A stretch of 64,000 nucleotides of DNA from the NCBI GenBank assembly GCA_012295275.1, contig CM022672.1:31372001-31436000 (forward strand). The letters are read 5' to 3'. Both the position numbers and the translations under genes were made by a program. Shown here piece after piece: positions 40,506-52,270 of the stretch. The DNA comes from Chrysomallon squamiferum (Eukaryota > Animalia > Mollusca). Under the pieces are notes generated by a model. That model was not told the origin of the DNA, made no database searches, and saw only the letters and a program-made list of their open reading frames with translations. Every line of letters starts with the position of its first letter. Positions within the stretch are counted from its first letter, which is position 1.

Positions 40506-41390
40506 GATTGCATGTATTTGTGTGTTTTTATGTTTAAGTGTTTACATGTATATGTCTGTTTATGTATGTATGTATGTATGCATGTGTGTGTATGTTATAT
40601 GAATGCATCTGTTAGTGTGTATATGTATTTTTGTTTATGTGTCTTTGTATGTGTTTGTCTAATTCTGTGTTATTAACTTACACACATGCATAAATCTAAG
40701 ATCATTTTTGTAATGTACTGAACTAAAAAATACGAAATATACACAGCATATATGTACTTTAAAATAACACTGATGTGCTCTCTCTCTCTCTCTCTCTCTC
40801 TCATGTACATATAAAAACAAATACACACAAATGAACATGCACAAATACTGAGACATACACACAACACACATACGTGCATGCACATATACTTAAACATACA
40901 CACATACACATGCATACACACATACATACTCACATGCATACATACATACTTAAACAATAAAAAAAAAAAAAATAAAACACACAGACCCCATTCCACATAA
41001 GGACTGCAGAAGAGTTTAATAATATGCAAAATATATTTTATATAAATATATTGTTAATTACATGCTTTTTGAAGGTATTGTTACAGGCATATCTGCAAAA
41101 GTCTGCTTGTGTTTTTAATTTTGTTCATTTATTTAATTGGTTTTTATTTATTTTTTTTATTTATTTATTTATTTATTTTTTTTTATTTATTAATCTATTT
41201 ATTTAGTTATTTATTTAAAATTAATTTCTTTATTTTTTATGATTGATATTTAAACTTAAAATGCATTTCTTCACTATTGTTTATTTTTTTATTCAGAATT
41301 GAGTTCAACAAGCGGGTTTCTGATTCAGATGTGTTGTATGAACTTGAAAGTAACGTCAGTGGTGACAGTGTCCTTCAGTACACATCTTAA
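26240..41390 (+). CDS. GPCPD1: Glycerophosphocholine phosphodiesterase GPCPD1/GDE5, tandem copy B; apparent +1 frame discrepancy at the end of coding exon 1
   Basis: Exons: 26240-26395, 27513-27664, 28034-28072, 28746-28894, (29479-29529 tentative), 30057-30167, 30505-30673, 32138-32267, 32910-32964, 33249-33341, 33918-33992, 35926-35962, 36206-36327, 36729-36859, 38466-38592, 40250-40410, 41297-41390 (TAA). Same intron positions as copy A. Motifs: [94 protein letters not shown]. The 16 firm exons sum to 1801 nt (not a multiple of 3) because exon 1 ends in phase 0 while exon 2 needs phase 2. Confidence 0.88.
29535..29678. repeat. About 140-bp dispersed duplicate (second copy 31545-31691)
   Basis: TTAAAGTGAATGTAAACATTTCA...GTTAAAATAAAAGTCTGTAGTGTTTTGAA...CTGTTGAGCAT.TGATTTTGTTT.ACAC.TATTCTG is present in two different introns of copy B. 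Confidence 0.85.
30774..31078. repeat. Tandem duplication, about 177-bp period, intron of copy B
   Basis: GTGTAAATAA.TACAG...TTAATCTTTTACTAATTGAAAACA...GGTAAATATATATA...TCCTTTAAAAA at 30774 and 30951. Confidence 0.85.
32341..32782. repeat. Compound (CT)n / CTGT microsatellite
   Basis: About 440 bp of polypyrimidine repeat; source of the ERER/SLSL ORFs. Confidence 0.95.
33314..33652. repeat. 77-bp tandem repeat derived from an exon 3' end plus its splice donor (ABAB pattern)
   Basis: CTACTTAGTGTGTATGT...GTAAGTCAT.TAGATTTGAC units start at 33314, 33391, 33468 and 33545; unit 1 overlaps exon 33249-33341. Confidence 0.9.
36466..36724. repeat. Compound (TTA)n/(TTG)n microsatellite abutting a splice acceptor
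   Basis: Triplet repeats run directly into ttatccag| of exon 36729. Confidence 0.9.
38830..40095 (+). mobile_element. Degenerate Tc1-like (Tc1/mariner) transposon remnant in an intron of copy B
   Basis: 39607-39750 translates with frameshifts and a stop as [22 protein letters not shown]...[20 protein letters not shown], matching the Tc1 catalytic signature QQDNARPH...WPxxSPDLSPIExxW. The right end TGCAGTTATTTTGGGTCAGATA resembles a Tc1 terminus. Left boundary uncertain. Confidence 0.7.
39828..39922 (-). mobile_element. Short 5'-truncated retroposon (SINE/LINE 3' end) nested in the Tc1 remnant
   Basis: 95-bp insert flanked by an exact 15-bp direct repeat ACATTCCTAGGAACA (39813-39827 and 39923-39937), with an (AATG)n run, i.e. 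a (CATT)n tail on the minus strand. Confidence 0.7.
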
Positions 41391-43721
41391 TCAATCATTT
41401 CAGACTGAGGGCAGATAACTACGCAGTTGTGCACTACAGACAGAGTTTCCTCCCTTGGTTTAGTGTAATTCTGAAAACGTAAATTGTTTCTAACTGTAAT
41501 TAATATTTTTCTCTGTAATGTTAGAAGATAGCACCATTTATCTCAGTGAATGTAATAAGTTTTATCCGAAAAAAAAAAAAAAAAAAAAAATCCTTCATAA
41601 TTCAGATTTTTATTTAAATTTGTGTGATTGTGATCCTTACCTAGTAACAATTTAGAAATGACAAGTATTTGCATGTCAGTAATTCTGTCAGTATATTTTT
41701 ATAACCACACACACACACACACACACACAAAACAAATACATATGCACATGCATGCACTTAATGAAACTTAATCAAGCATCTCTTAATCCTTTGGTTAAGA
41801 AAACAGTCTTGATCAGTACTGTGCATGGCTTAGTTTCAGTAGGACAATATAAAGAAATAATTGAATCTGATCAGTCAAAATAACATAAAAAGAAGAAGAA
41901 GAAGAAGAAGAATTAATAAACACAGCTATTATTTAAAATGAAATAAAACTAATTTGTAAACTTTATTTTGGGTGTCTCTGTAAGCATTAAAGGCCCAGAT
42001 TTAGTCACATAATGTAAGTGTGTATGGACGTTATATTGGTTTGTAGAAGGATCTGGTGAATACACAAAGAAAAAGTAAGTTTAGAAAATATATAAATTTA
42101 GCTGTATAATGGTTAATCAGTTACTAAGTGTTGATAAGTTCATTGAGTACTAATCCACTTTAAACCTGTACAGTTTTAAATATACTCTGTTACATATCCA
42201 TGTAAACAAACACACACACACACACGTACGTACGTACGTACACACAACTGTAAAACTGGTTTGGGTAAACTCTGCTAAACAAATGTTAAAATAGACTAAA
42301 GCAATTTTTGAAATGAGTTGCAGCAACTGATAAAATCAAATCTAGATCACCTGATAAAATAAAGCAATTGTTAATAAAAGCAAATTATTCAAGCACTTTC
42401 AATTACCACGTACATTTTGTTCAAAAACAATCAACTTAATTGATTTTACAATCACTGAAATGTACTGTTTATATGTTGTTTGTTACCCTGGGTAGATATA
42501 TTTTTCATTTGTTATTGAAAGTCAAAATATTTTAATTTGCTGTTCATATCAACCTATATACATTTTTTTTTTTTTTTCATTTTGAAAGATATAATGTTTT
42601 AATTTTCTATTAATATCTGGCTGTATAATTTTTTTCATTTGTTGCTGAAATTATTATTATTCATTTGCTTTTAATATTTTGAACTTTGTTCATTAAAGCA
42701 TGAATTTAGTTCAGATGTTGTTATAAATATATATATATATTTTTTTTTTTTTAATATTTTAAGAGAAATCGGGGTATTGTTTTTTAAACAGACAGAATTG
42801 ACAACTGTAGACACCTATTAATACATTTTAACAATTCAAATTCTTGAATATTTAAAAATTATTATTATTTTTCATTCACAGATTTCAACTGGGATATAAA
42901 TTAAGATACTAATCTGCATATTTTTTTATTTTTCTACTATATTTTAAAAAGCAAAACTTACAAATGTAACCTTTTTCCTGATTTACTTTCTTATCAGTTC
43001 AGTTCTGCTGAGTTCATTATTCTATGTATCAATGGAGAATTAAATAGAAATGATCCTTTGTTATAATGTGAAAGATACGTTTTTACCAGAAAATTGTTCA
43101 GTAACACTTATTTATAGATTAATACTTAACTCACTATAATATTACTTTATTTTTTTTTCTTCATTATGTCATTCAAAAATATATCGACTATGTAGTCTAT
43201 GAAATTAATTTTTAAAATATGCTGTAAATAAATATATGAAATGAGCTTCTAAGCAGCCTGTTTTCATAATTTCGTTTTTTAATTATCTTGCACACAAATG
43301 TGTGTGTGTGTGTTTAATATTTAATTTCATGTTCTGCAGTTTAATTGGATTCTAACCATATGTATTATATTTATTCAACAATTTATCACTTTCTGGCTTT
43401 TTTTTTTTTTTTTTTTTTTTTCATTTTCGTTCCTTTATTGCCCTTTTTCTTTTCTTAATTTTCGACTATGTTTTTCAGTGTTTAGTGTTTCAGAATGGAC
43501 AATTAGTGGTTCGCTTTATTCTTGTTCTTAAATTCTTGTTGATAGATGATGATGATGATGATGATGATGACAAAACTCATTATGTTACTATTATTATTAT
43601 TATTAAAGTAAAAACAAGCAGTTTTGGCACTTTCAGCATTTATAAACGTTTTAATTTGTCTTACCAACATCCTTGGATGGAGTATTTTAAATAATACAGA
43701 CAACAGACACACACACACATG

Positions 43722-43757
<36 letters not shown>

Positions 43758-43779
43758 CACGGTGAACGACAGACACTTC

Positions 43780-45340
43780 AACTATTATTTATGATAACAG
43801 AACGAGAGACCGTCACAGAATTAACAAATTGTAATCTGTTACAATACATAAGAGTTGAAAACTAGATCACTACTAGCATTCCATTATAATTAAAAATAAC
43901 TTTTCCTTATTGCATATACGTGTCGACAGCATATTTATTTTGCGTATAGATCCGGTATATAGTTCTTTAAAAAAATAAAAAAATAAATATTTGTATAATA
44001 TATTAGGAGTTTTATATATATATATATATATATTTTTTTTTTTCATTTTATTTTAATCCTTTTAAACAATGTCCACGTTTTCATTCTCAGCTGTTTTTCT
44101 CTTGTTTGTTTTTTCATTTTCATTTGTCATGTTCGGTAATTTATTGTATCATTATCTTATACTGTACTTCTACTATAATTAGAATAACCTATAGTAAACT
44201 ATACTATACTATACTGTGCTATTCTGTACTATAATACAATGCAATACAATACAATATAATACAATATAATATATAATTGTATTATTAATATTAAAATATA
44301 ATATTGCCAGTAAGACCCAACTCTATTATCATTGTAAACATCTATTTTCTTTTAATATAATTTTATATTTTATTATTTATTTATTTATTTTATTTTTTAA
44401 ATATTTCATTTTAATAACAGTTTCAGGTAAATAAATAAACTAATTAAAAGGTAAATAAATAAACAATATAAATAATAAAATAACTAGAAATAAGTAAATA
44501 ACAGGGACAACAAAACAAACAAACAAACAAAACATATACAAATGCAAACAAAAACAAGCATACATAATCACATTATGCATATTTCCACAGACGCGCACAT
44601 ACACGCGCACATACACAGCACAAACTCCACCACCACCCCACACAGACTAGTGAAGGGTTTTCCAAAAATATGTCATTACATAAACAGGCAGAGATAAAAC
44701 AATTTATTTATTATTATTTATACTAATACTGAACAAAAGAGCGAGACACCACAGGATTAACGTACTGTAATCTCATATAATACTGAAGAGATGAAACCCA
44801 GATCTGCGACAAGTGTTCCATAATAAAAATAAAATTCCTAAAAATCTAGGAACAGACATCTTTTTTTTTTTCATGTCTGTCCAGTTATTTCATTTTTAAC
44901 ATCATTTTAGATTTGTTTACAATAAATATTAAGTATCATCGTTTCGCACTATTTTAGAAATAAAAACAAGTTTGTTTATAAATAAAAAATCTAAGCAGAA
45001 AATAACCATAAATGATAGGTTAAATGTCTAACCTTGTTTTGCAATTTATTGTTAGATTGCCCTTTCTATAGAAACTCATTAATAATATATTTTTATGTGA
45101 TGATACGATACGTAGTTTATATACCATATCGTACTTATACTATACTTATACTATATACTGACTAAACTGTGTTATACTGTACTATAATGTAATGTAATAC
45201 AATACAAATATAATATAATATAATATAATATAATATAATATAATATAATATAATATAATATAATATAAATGTATTATTATTATTATTAAAGTATAAGACC
45301 TAACCAAACAAGAACAGTGTACTGTGAAGATTCTATCGAT
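43780..45340. repeat. Old, diverged tandem duplication with about 0.95-kb period
   Basis: 43800 GAACGAGAGACCGTCACAGAATTAACAAATTGTAATCT...AAGAGTTGAAAACTAGATC matches 44731 GAACAAAAGAGCGAGACACCACAGGATTAACGTACTGTAATCT...AAGAGATGAAACCCAGATC; the (TATAC)n/(TACAA)n..TAAGACC blocks at ~44200-44320 and ~45130-45300 also correspond. Confidence 0.65.
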
Positions 45341-45820
45341 CAGAAAAACTAAGATGTTCGCTGACATTCACATTTGATAGCTTCGTGGATCCCGACAAAG
45401 ACACCCAGTAAACCTCTCTGCATCTAACGCCCAAATAAAAGTGAAAACATAAACGAGTACCAGCGTTACATTTCCAACATGGCGGCCTCTTTAATCAGTC
45501 GGACAACTCTTGACTGCTGTAATCCTTTTACAACCAGGACTATCCCGATTAAAAGCGGACAAAACCGAAGATGGGAATTTCCTTCCAGTGTTGCTTTAAA
45601 AGGCAACGTGCATCTCGGCCATAGTATTGTTGGCTGTTTTAATCCCGTACCATTATTCAATAAAGGAATTGATTTTCGGCTTAGAGCGCTCGAGAAGATT
45701 AGAGGATCTTACTCGATTGTTTGGGTTGCGGTAGTTTCTCTGTACGTTTTGTCGAGTAAAAACCCGCACTGATTGAAAGCTACTGCAAGTAACCGCGAGC
45801 ATGATTTGTAAAAACTTTTT

Positions 45821-45852
<32 letters not shown>

Positions 45853-46261
45853 CTTTTCTTCATCTCGCTGTTTTCCGAGACAAACACGAAATACCCTGAT
45901 TAATCAGAGACGAAAATAAAACGTTAAGAAAAACTTCTTTTGTAGCGAGTCTTTTCTTTGTGTTTTCCGAAGTAAATAGCGCAAGTTTACAAATCAATGG
46001 TTTTTAATATACCGTACTCGCGCTACCATTAGAAGTCTTTTATTAAGGAAAAACCAGACAGCAGTTTGAAACGGATGAAAGGGAAGCATCAGCTTTGTTA
46101 TAATTCATAATACTCTTTTTATTTTCCTTTCCTCCGCATATCTCGCAGAATGCGCAAATGAAAAAGTCATATTCATTTTCGCTTGCTTTTGAAAAACCAG
46201 AACGTTTAGTATGTGGTCTGTAAGATAATGTTCAACCAACCAGCCAATCACAGCTTTAGTA

Positions 46262-46578
46262 CGAGCTGAGGACCCCTTATCGGCTGGTTCGAAATCCGAA
46301 AACCTCCGAAAACCTCCGAAGTCCGAAACATTTTCCGAATATCAGAAATAATATCTTACGGTTTTCGGAAACGTAATTTTTTTTTTTTTTTTTTTTTGAT
46401 TATACAAACCGTATTTTATACACAAATCTATTTAAAAATATTATTTTAAAAATCCTTCAGATTATCTGTATAAGCTATAAAGGAAAAATAAATGGACTTC
46501 ATATTTAAACGTAGATTCTACTCCGAAATACGAAATGCTTCCGGTCCCAAATTTTTCTGATAAAGGATTCTCAACCTG
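46262..46578. mobile_element. Tigger/pogo-type MITE (Tigger4/MER46-like ends), 317 bp
   Basis: TA dinucleotides at 46260-61 and 46579-80; right end CTTCCGGTCCCAAATTTTTCTGATAAAGGATTCTCAACCTG, left end CGAGCTGAGGACCCCTTATC (imperfect inverse); internal TCCGAAA repeats characteristic of this family. Confidence 0.75.
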
Positions 46579-46921
46579 TACTGGCATCTCCAGTCATAAA
46601 TCTTAAATGTGTTTGCATTAAGCATTTTAATTTGTTAAGGCAGCATTTAAAGTTTTCAATTTTTAAGAGAAATCGTTTTAGAGAAATCAAAAATGAACCT
46701 AGCGGTTTTAAGTCCAAAAAGCGCTTTATGTAACAGTGTGAAATTTTATCTGTTTATAAGTTTCATAATATGAGACAAACCATCTTTGACATTACTAGCT
46801 ACAATGCATTTCTGTTAAGAAAACATGTTTTATTTGTTAGAATTTATAAAACAATGCATACAGATACAGATATATAATTTAATCTTCTTTTGGCTTTGGT
46901 TATTTTTATTATTATTATTAT

Positions 46922-46958
<37 letters not shown>

Positions 46959-47328
46959 TGATTGCTTGATTGATTAATTATTTTATTAAAGAAAATACAT
47001 ATTGAAATAAATAAATCGAAATGTATCCTCATTTTTGTTTGTCGTGTGTATGGAAAGTACATAAAAATAAACTCTTGAAAAAATTAGTTTGTGTAGTCAC
47101 TCGAGAGGAAGAAACACACTAAGGTGGCGAAACGCGATATGACGTAATTATGACGCAGTAACGTACTCAAATGCTATCGCCCTTCTCGTATCTATAGGTT
47201 AAAAGAATAATTAATTAAATGTTGATCTAAATAAGTTTGTTTGCTAAAGGTCCAGTTTAGTTATTGTTGTTTTTATTATTAGTAGTAGTAGTAGTAGTAG
47301 CAGTAGTATTTTGAGCAATAATTATAGG

Positions 47329-47363
<35 letters not shown>

Positions 47364-47872
47364 CAATAAGTAATAATAATAATAATAATAACAACAACAA
47401 TTAGAAACAAACAAAAACAAGCAAACAAACAAATAAATAAATATAATAGAAGATATATAGATGATAAATACTTTTTTTTATTAAAACATGTAAATAAATG
47501 AATAACATAAATAATTAAACACTTACAAATAAATAAATAAATAACTTAATAAATTACAACATTTCTTTACCGTCACCTTCCAAGTTCTAATTTCTACAGA
47601 ATGAAATAATAAAGAACGAAGGAAGAAAAAAAAAAAAGAAGCATAAAACAAATTCTTCGAGAATTAAAAATTAAAACTAATTCCCATGCCTCTGAAAACT
47701 TGCCTGGATATAAAATGTAAAAACCATGAAAATTAACGTATAAAAACATAAAATTAAACTTCAAAATTCATTGTAATAATGTGAATATTACCTATTTAGG
47801 CGTGAAACTGAAACGTGAAAATTATTCTAGATAAAAAAAAAAAAACAAAAAAAAAGTTAAATTACAAGATTA

Positions 47873-47904
<32 letters not shown>

Positions 47905-48476
47905 GAAATAAAAATTATTTATTAAAAAGCATGAGATTTAAATTGAAAACACACACACACATATTAATAAGAGAGTGAAATTAATACTCTCACAAAAACC
48001 CGAAATAAAAAAAAAAAAAAAAAAAGATAAAAAAACTGTATATAAAATTGAGACAGATAAACTGAAAACGCGGGGTACAGATTCGTTCTAATCGTTACAT
48101 TTTTAAAAGATATTCTCCAAAACCTTCACTGTAAGGAAAACTCTGGTGGAAGGAAGTATGACGTGTAAAAATAGACGTGTTACACAAGAGACTGTTAGAT
48201 AATTGATGGATCATGTGGTCTCTCTACCGGGAACAGCAGGGAGGAAATTAATTCTTGCCAAATCTCGCGAATTCACGCCTGAGCGCGATCTGAATGATAA
48301 CCGATATGAAAGACTGCAGCAGTACTGAAACAGAAGACTAATAGCCATCACGTGACCATAATGGACCATTAAACAATTGACCAGTGGGGAAGATAAGATA
48401 AATAATATCAGATACTGAAAGACAATCGCCAAATCTAACAAAAATATTGTGTATGACCCGAATACTATTATTATTA

Positions 48477-48540
<64 letters not shown>

Positions 48541-48821
48541 ATATATTACTGTTGTTGTTTTTTGTTGTTGTTGTCGTCGTTGTTGTTCAGTTATGTATTT
48601 CATTGCAGTTTAGCCTGTAATTAAAATTTTAATTCATATAGATAACTGTTGTTGTAGATGTTATTTTTGTTGCTTTTCTCTAATATTTTTTTTTAAATTT
48701 ATTTATTCATTTATTTATTTTATTTTATTTATTTATTTATTTATTCATTCATTCATTTATTATATTATGATTATTATTATTATTATTATTTATTTATTTA
48801 TTTTAATATTATTATTATTAT

Positions 48822-48859
<38 letters not shown>

Positions 48860-49056
48860 TTTGTTTTGGATTTGACTGTGTATTCGATTTATTTTGAATA
48901 ATTTCTTTATTTATTTTATTATTTATTTATTTATTTATTTTATTATTATTTTTGATGTATTTATTTATTTATTTTTGTTTTTATTGTTGTTACATTTATG
49001 CTTATTTTCTTATGATCATTTTTTTTTTATACAGTTATCATTATTATCAACATCAA

Positions 49057-49096
<40 letters not shown>

Positions 49097-50030
49097 TATG
49101 GCATATCCTCTTCCCGTGTCTGATTTCAGGATCTTCTCTCGCTGTTTCGTTTCCTAACGTAACAAAGGCTTGCTATGTTTTTCTGTTGAAAGAATAATTA
49201 AAACACAACTAACAGCTACAGAAAGTAGAACAGTGTATGCTTATGTTTTATTTATTTCAGCCATTTCTGCACTTTTTACAGCAGATCCAAGGGTTCGTCA
49301 CTTGGCACGCGATCCGCACGAGCGCACGGAACGAAACGAGAATTAATTATTCAAAAAGCTAAATGTCGCCATATTGTTACACCTGCTTTTCGTATTCACA
49401 ATTGTTATCACTTCAGCGCCGAACGTTAAGATTTGTTTGTTGTTTTGTTCAACGGAATAAAATCTTAGAATATTTTATAAAATAAATGGAACATAATAAA
49501 AAATGGAAAAAAATAAAATAAAATAAAATAAAATAAAGTAAAATTTAAAATTCTCGAGTACAGTTCTAGTGATTTATAAACTTTTTTTAAAATTTTATTT
49601 TTCTTACTTTGTACAGTTTTATCGTTTCATAAGAAAATAATCATTTTATATCATATTTTCATCTTGTAAACAAAACGAGGGAAGCTAATGTTTATATTTT
49701 ATAAATATTCTTGTCCTTTATTTATTTATTTGTCTGTTTGTTTCTTTGTTAATTTGTTTGTTTATTATTTTATTTTATTTATTTATTTATTTGCTTGTCT
49801 ATAATTTTATTTATTTATTTATTTATTTGCTTGTCTATAATTTTATTTATTTATATATTTATTTATTTATTTATTTATATAGTTAGTTAGTTAGTTTTAT
49901 TTTTCTGTGTTTCCACAGTGTTTGTTTTCACGAGACAGTTTCAAATTAATCAGTTATGTTCTTTAATAAATATTTTTAGTATAATTATAATTGTTACTCT
50001 GTATTAATACTTTTATTATTATTATTATTA

Positions 50031-50089
<59 letters not shown>

Positions 50090-50828
50090 GCATCAACATA
50101 AGTTTAATAATTCTTTAAAACCTACAAACCAACAATAACGGATTAATAACAATAACAGCATCAACAACAATAACAGTGATTATTATTACACTTCTACAAC
50201 TACTGCTACTACTACAGTTATCATTTTTGTTATTGCTCTTGTTGTTGTTCTTATTATAGTTACTTTTATTATTATTTATTAGTAACAGCTGTAGTAGTAG
50301 TAGTAATAGTAGTAGTAGCAGTAGTAGTAGTAGTAGTAGTACAATTTAATGATTACAATTCTTAATAATTCTTAATGGAATTGCAGAAAAACCTGTAAAT
50401 GAATAGCGTTTTATAATATATGTTATTTGATTTATTTAAAATAATTTTATTTTATTATTACCTTTAAATGATACCTACTTTTTCGTATTTTTTATAAGAT
50501 TAATATTTATGATATTTATGCTTAAAAAAATAATGAAAACGAAAGAATAAACGTTTTTATCAAATTATATAAATAAATAAAGCGATAAAAAAAATTCAAA
50601 TAATAATAATAATAATAATAATAATAATCAGGATATTTCTTTTTTGGAGATATTAAATATATAAACTGAAATAAATAAATAAATAAATAAATAAATAAAT
50701 ATATAAATAAATAATAACACATACACACGCACATTACAATTATTTTTATCTTAAAATGTAGATAAACTTAAAGTAAAATGAAACTTAATAATAATAATAA
50801 AATAATAAAAATAATTAAAATAATAATA

Positions 50829-50859
<31 letters not shown>

Positions 50860-50885
50860 TATGATGAATGATGATGATGATGATG

Positions 50886-50922
<37 letters not shown>

Positions 50923-51021
50923 CAACAACAACAATAATAATAGTAATAATAATAATAATAATGATGATGATGATGATGATGATAATAATAATAATAATAA
51001 TAGTGAAATAAAGGGACACAA

Positions 51022-51166
51022 ATTCTCGTATTTTCGTATATGTAGTATGAAACAGAATTTGTATATTTTTGGAATGATAATTGTTTGCATGTGGGTATGT
51101 GTGTTAACATATAATGTTCAGCTTACTACAGATCGGATTTTTAAAATGTATTTACAAAATTACAGT

Positions 51167-51170
<4 letters not shown>
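51022..51170. repeat. Dispersed duplicate (second copy about 53955-54150)
   Basis: Shared TTCT.GTATTTTCGTAT...GAATTTGTATA...TATAATGTTCAGC.TA.TACAGATCGGATTTTTAAAATGTATTTACAAAATT. Confidence 0.85.
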
Positions 51171-51241
<71 letters not shown>

Positions 51242-51599
51242 TGTATGTATGTATGTATGCATGTATGTATATTTATTTATAAATATTTTTTTCAGAGAAG
51301 TGTCGGGATTATGTTGCTCGCAGAAGAGAAGTAAACGAAACTGTTTTATCGGAACCAAGGAGAGGGAAGGAGAGTGATTACTTTTGTTTTCACAACGTCA
51401 CGGATACCGCCCCTAACTAATTCCTAAAGTGGGGTCATCCCTTTAAGTTGATGTATGAACGCGTGGATGCATTCATCAATACCCCCCCCCCCTTCACTGG
51501 GCGCTTTTCCAATCACCATTTGCAGAGAGAAGATTCTGAGAACCGTACTAGAAAATTATTGAAAATCTATTCAATCTAATCAATCAGAGAGAGAGAGAG

Positions 51600-51634
<35 letters not shown>

Positions 51635-51700
51635 AAAATAAAAATGAAAATTCACCTCACCAGTGGGATGTTATTTTTTTTTTTTTTTTTTTTTTTTGTA

Positions 51701-51734
<34 letters not shown>

Positions 51735-51879
51735 ACTAAGAAGATTGATTATAAAAGTCTCAATTAGATACAAACCAAAAAAAAAAAAAAAAAAAAAAAT
51801 TAAAGGGAAGAGAATAACATTAGGATGATTAGGCTACATTTGTCACTGCCGTTTCCTAATCTCCCTGTTTACCCAGACA

Positions 51880-52140
51880 ATTTGTGAAATTATTCCGCCC
51901 CCTGTTATCAAATTAATTGAACGTTATTAAATATATGTAGCATAACCCTCGATTCGATTTAATTCAAATATCGGCGAATATTTTCGATTTATTTTCCCGT
52001 CTGTAACGACCGGCCTGGAGAAGACAGGACTTTCTCGTCGACTCTGTCACGTTTCGTGTTTTGTGTGTTCTGTGCGTGCGTGCGTGGTGCGTACGCACTC
52101 GTTGGAAAATACGCGGCGGTAGCGACACAGAAGGGTAAGT
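51880..52140 (+). promoter_or_regulatory. CpG-rich putative promoter and non-coding first exon ending in a consensus 5' splice site
   Basis: CpG-dense island, CCGCCCC box near 51895, donor AGG|GTAAGT at 52134/52135; no coding homology visible. Confidence 0.4.
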
Positions 52141-52224
52141 CTGCATGCGTTTTAACAACGTTCGTAATTGCGTGTGCGTTATTAGATACGCAAAACATTA
52201 AAACAGAAAATAATGCTAATAAAA

Positions 52225-52270
<46 letters not shown>

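Noticed and set aside
26240-41390. Copy B as an assembly haplotig duplicate or a long-dead pseudogene
   Set aside because: Far too diverged from copy A to be allelic, and apart from one phase discrepancy all exons, splice sites and catalytic residues are intact with synonymous-biased change.
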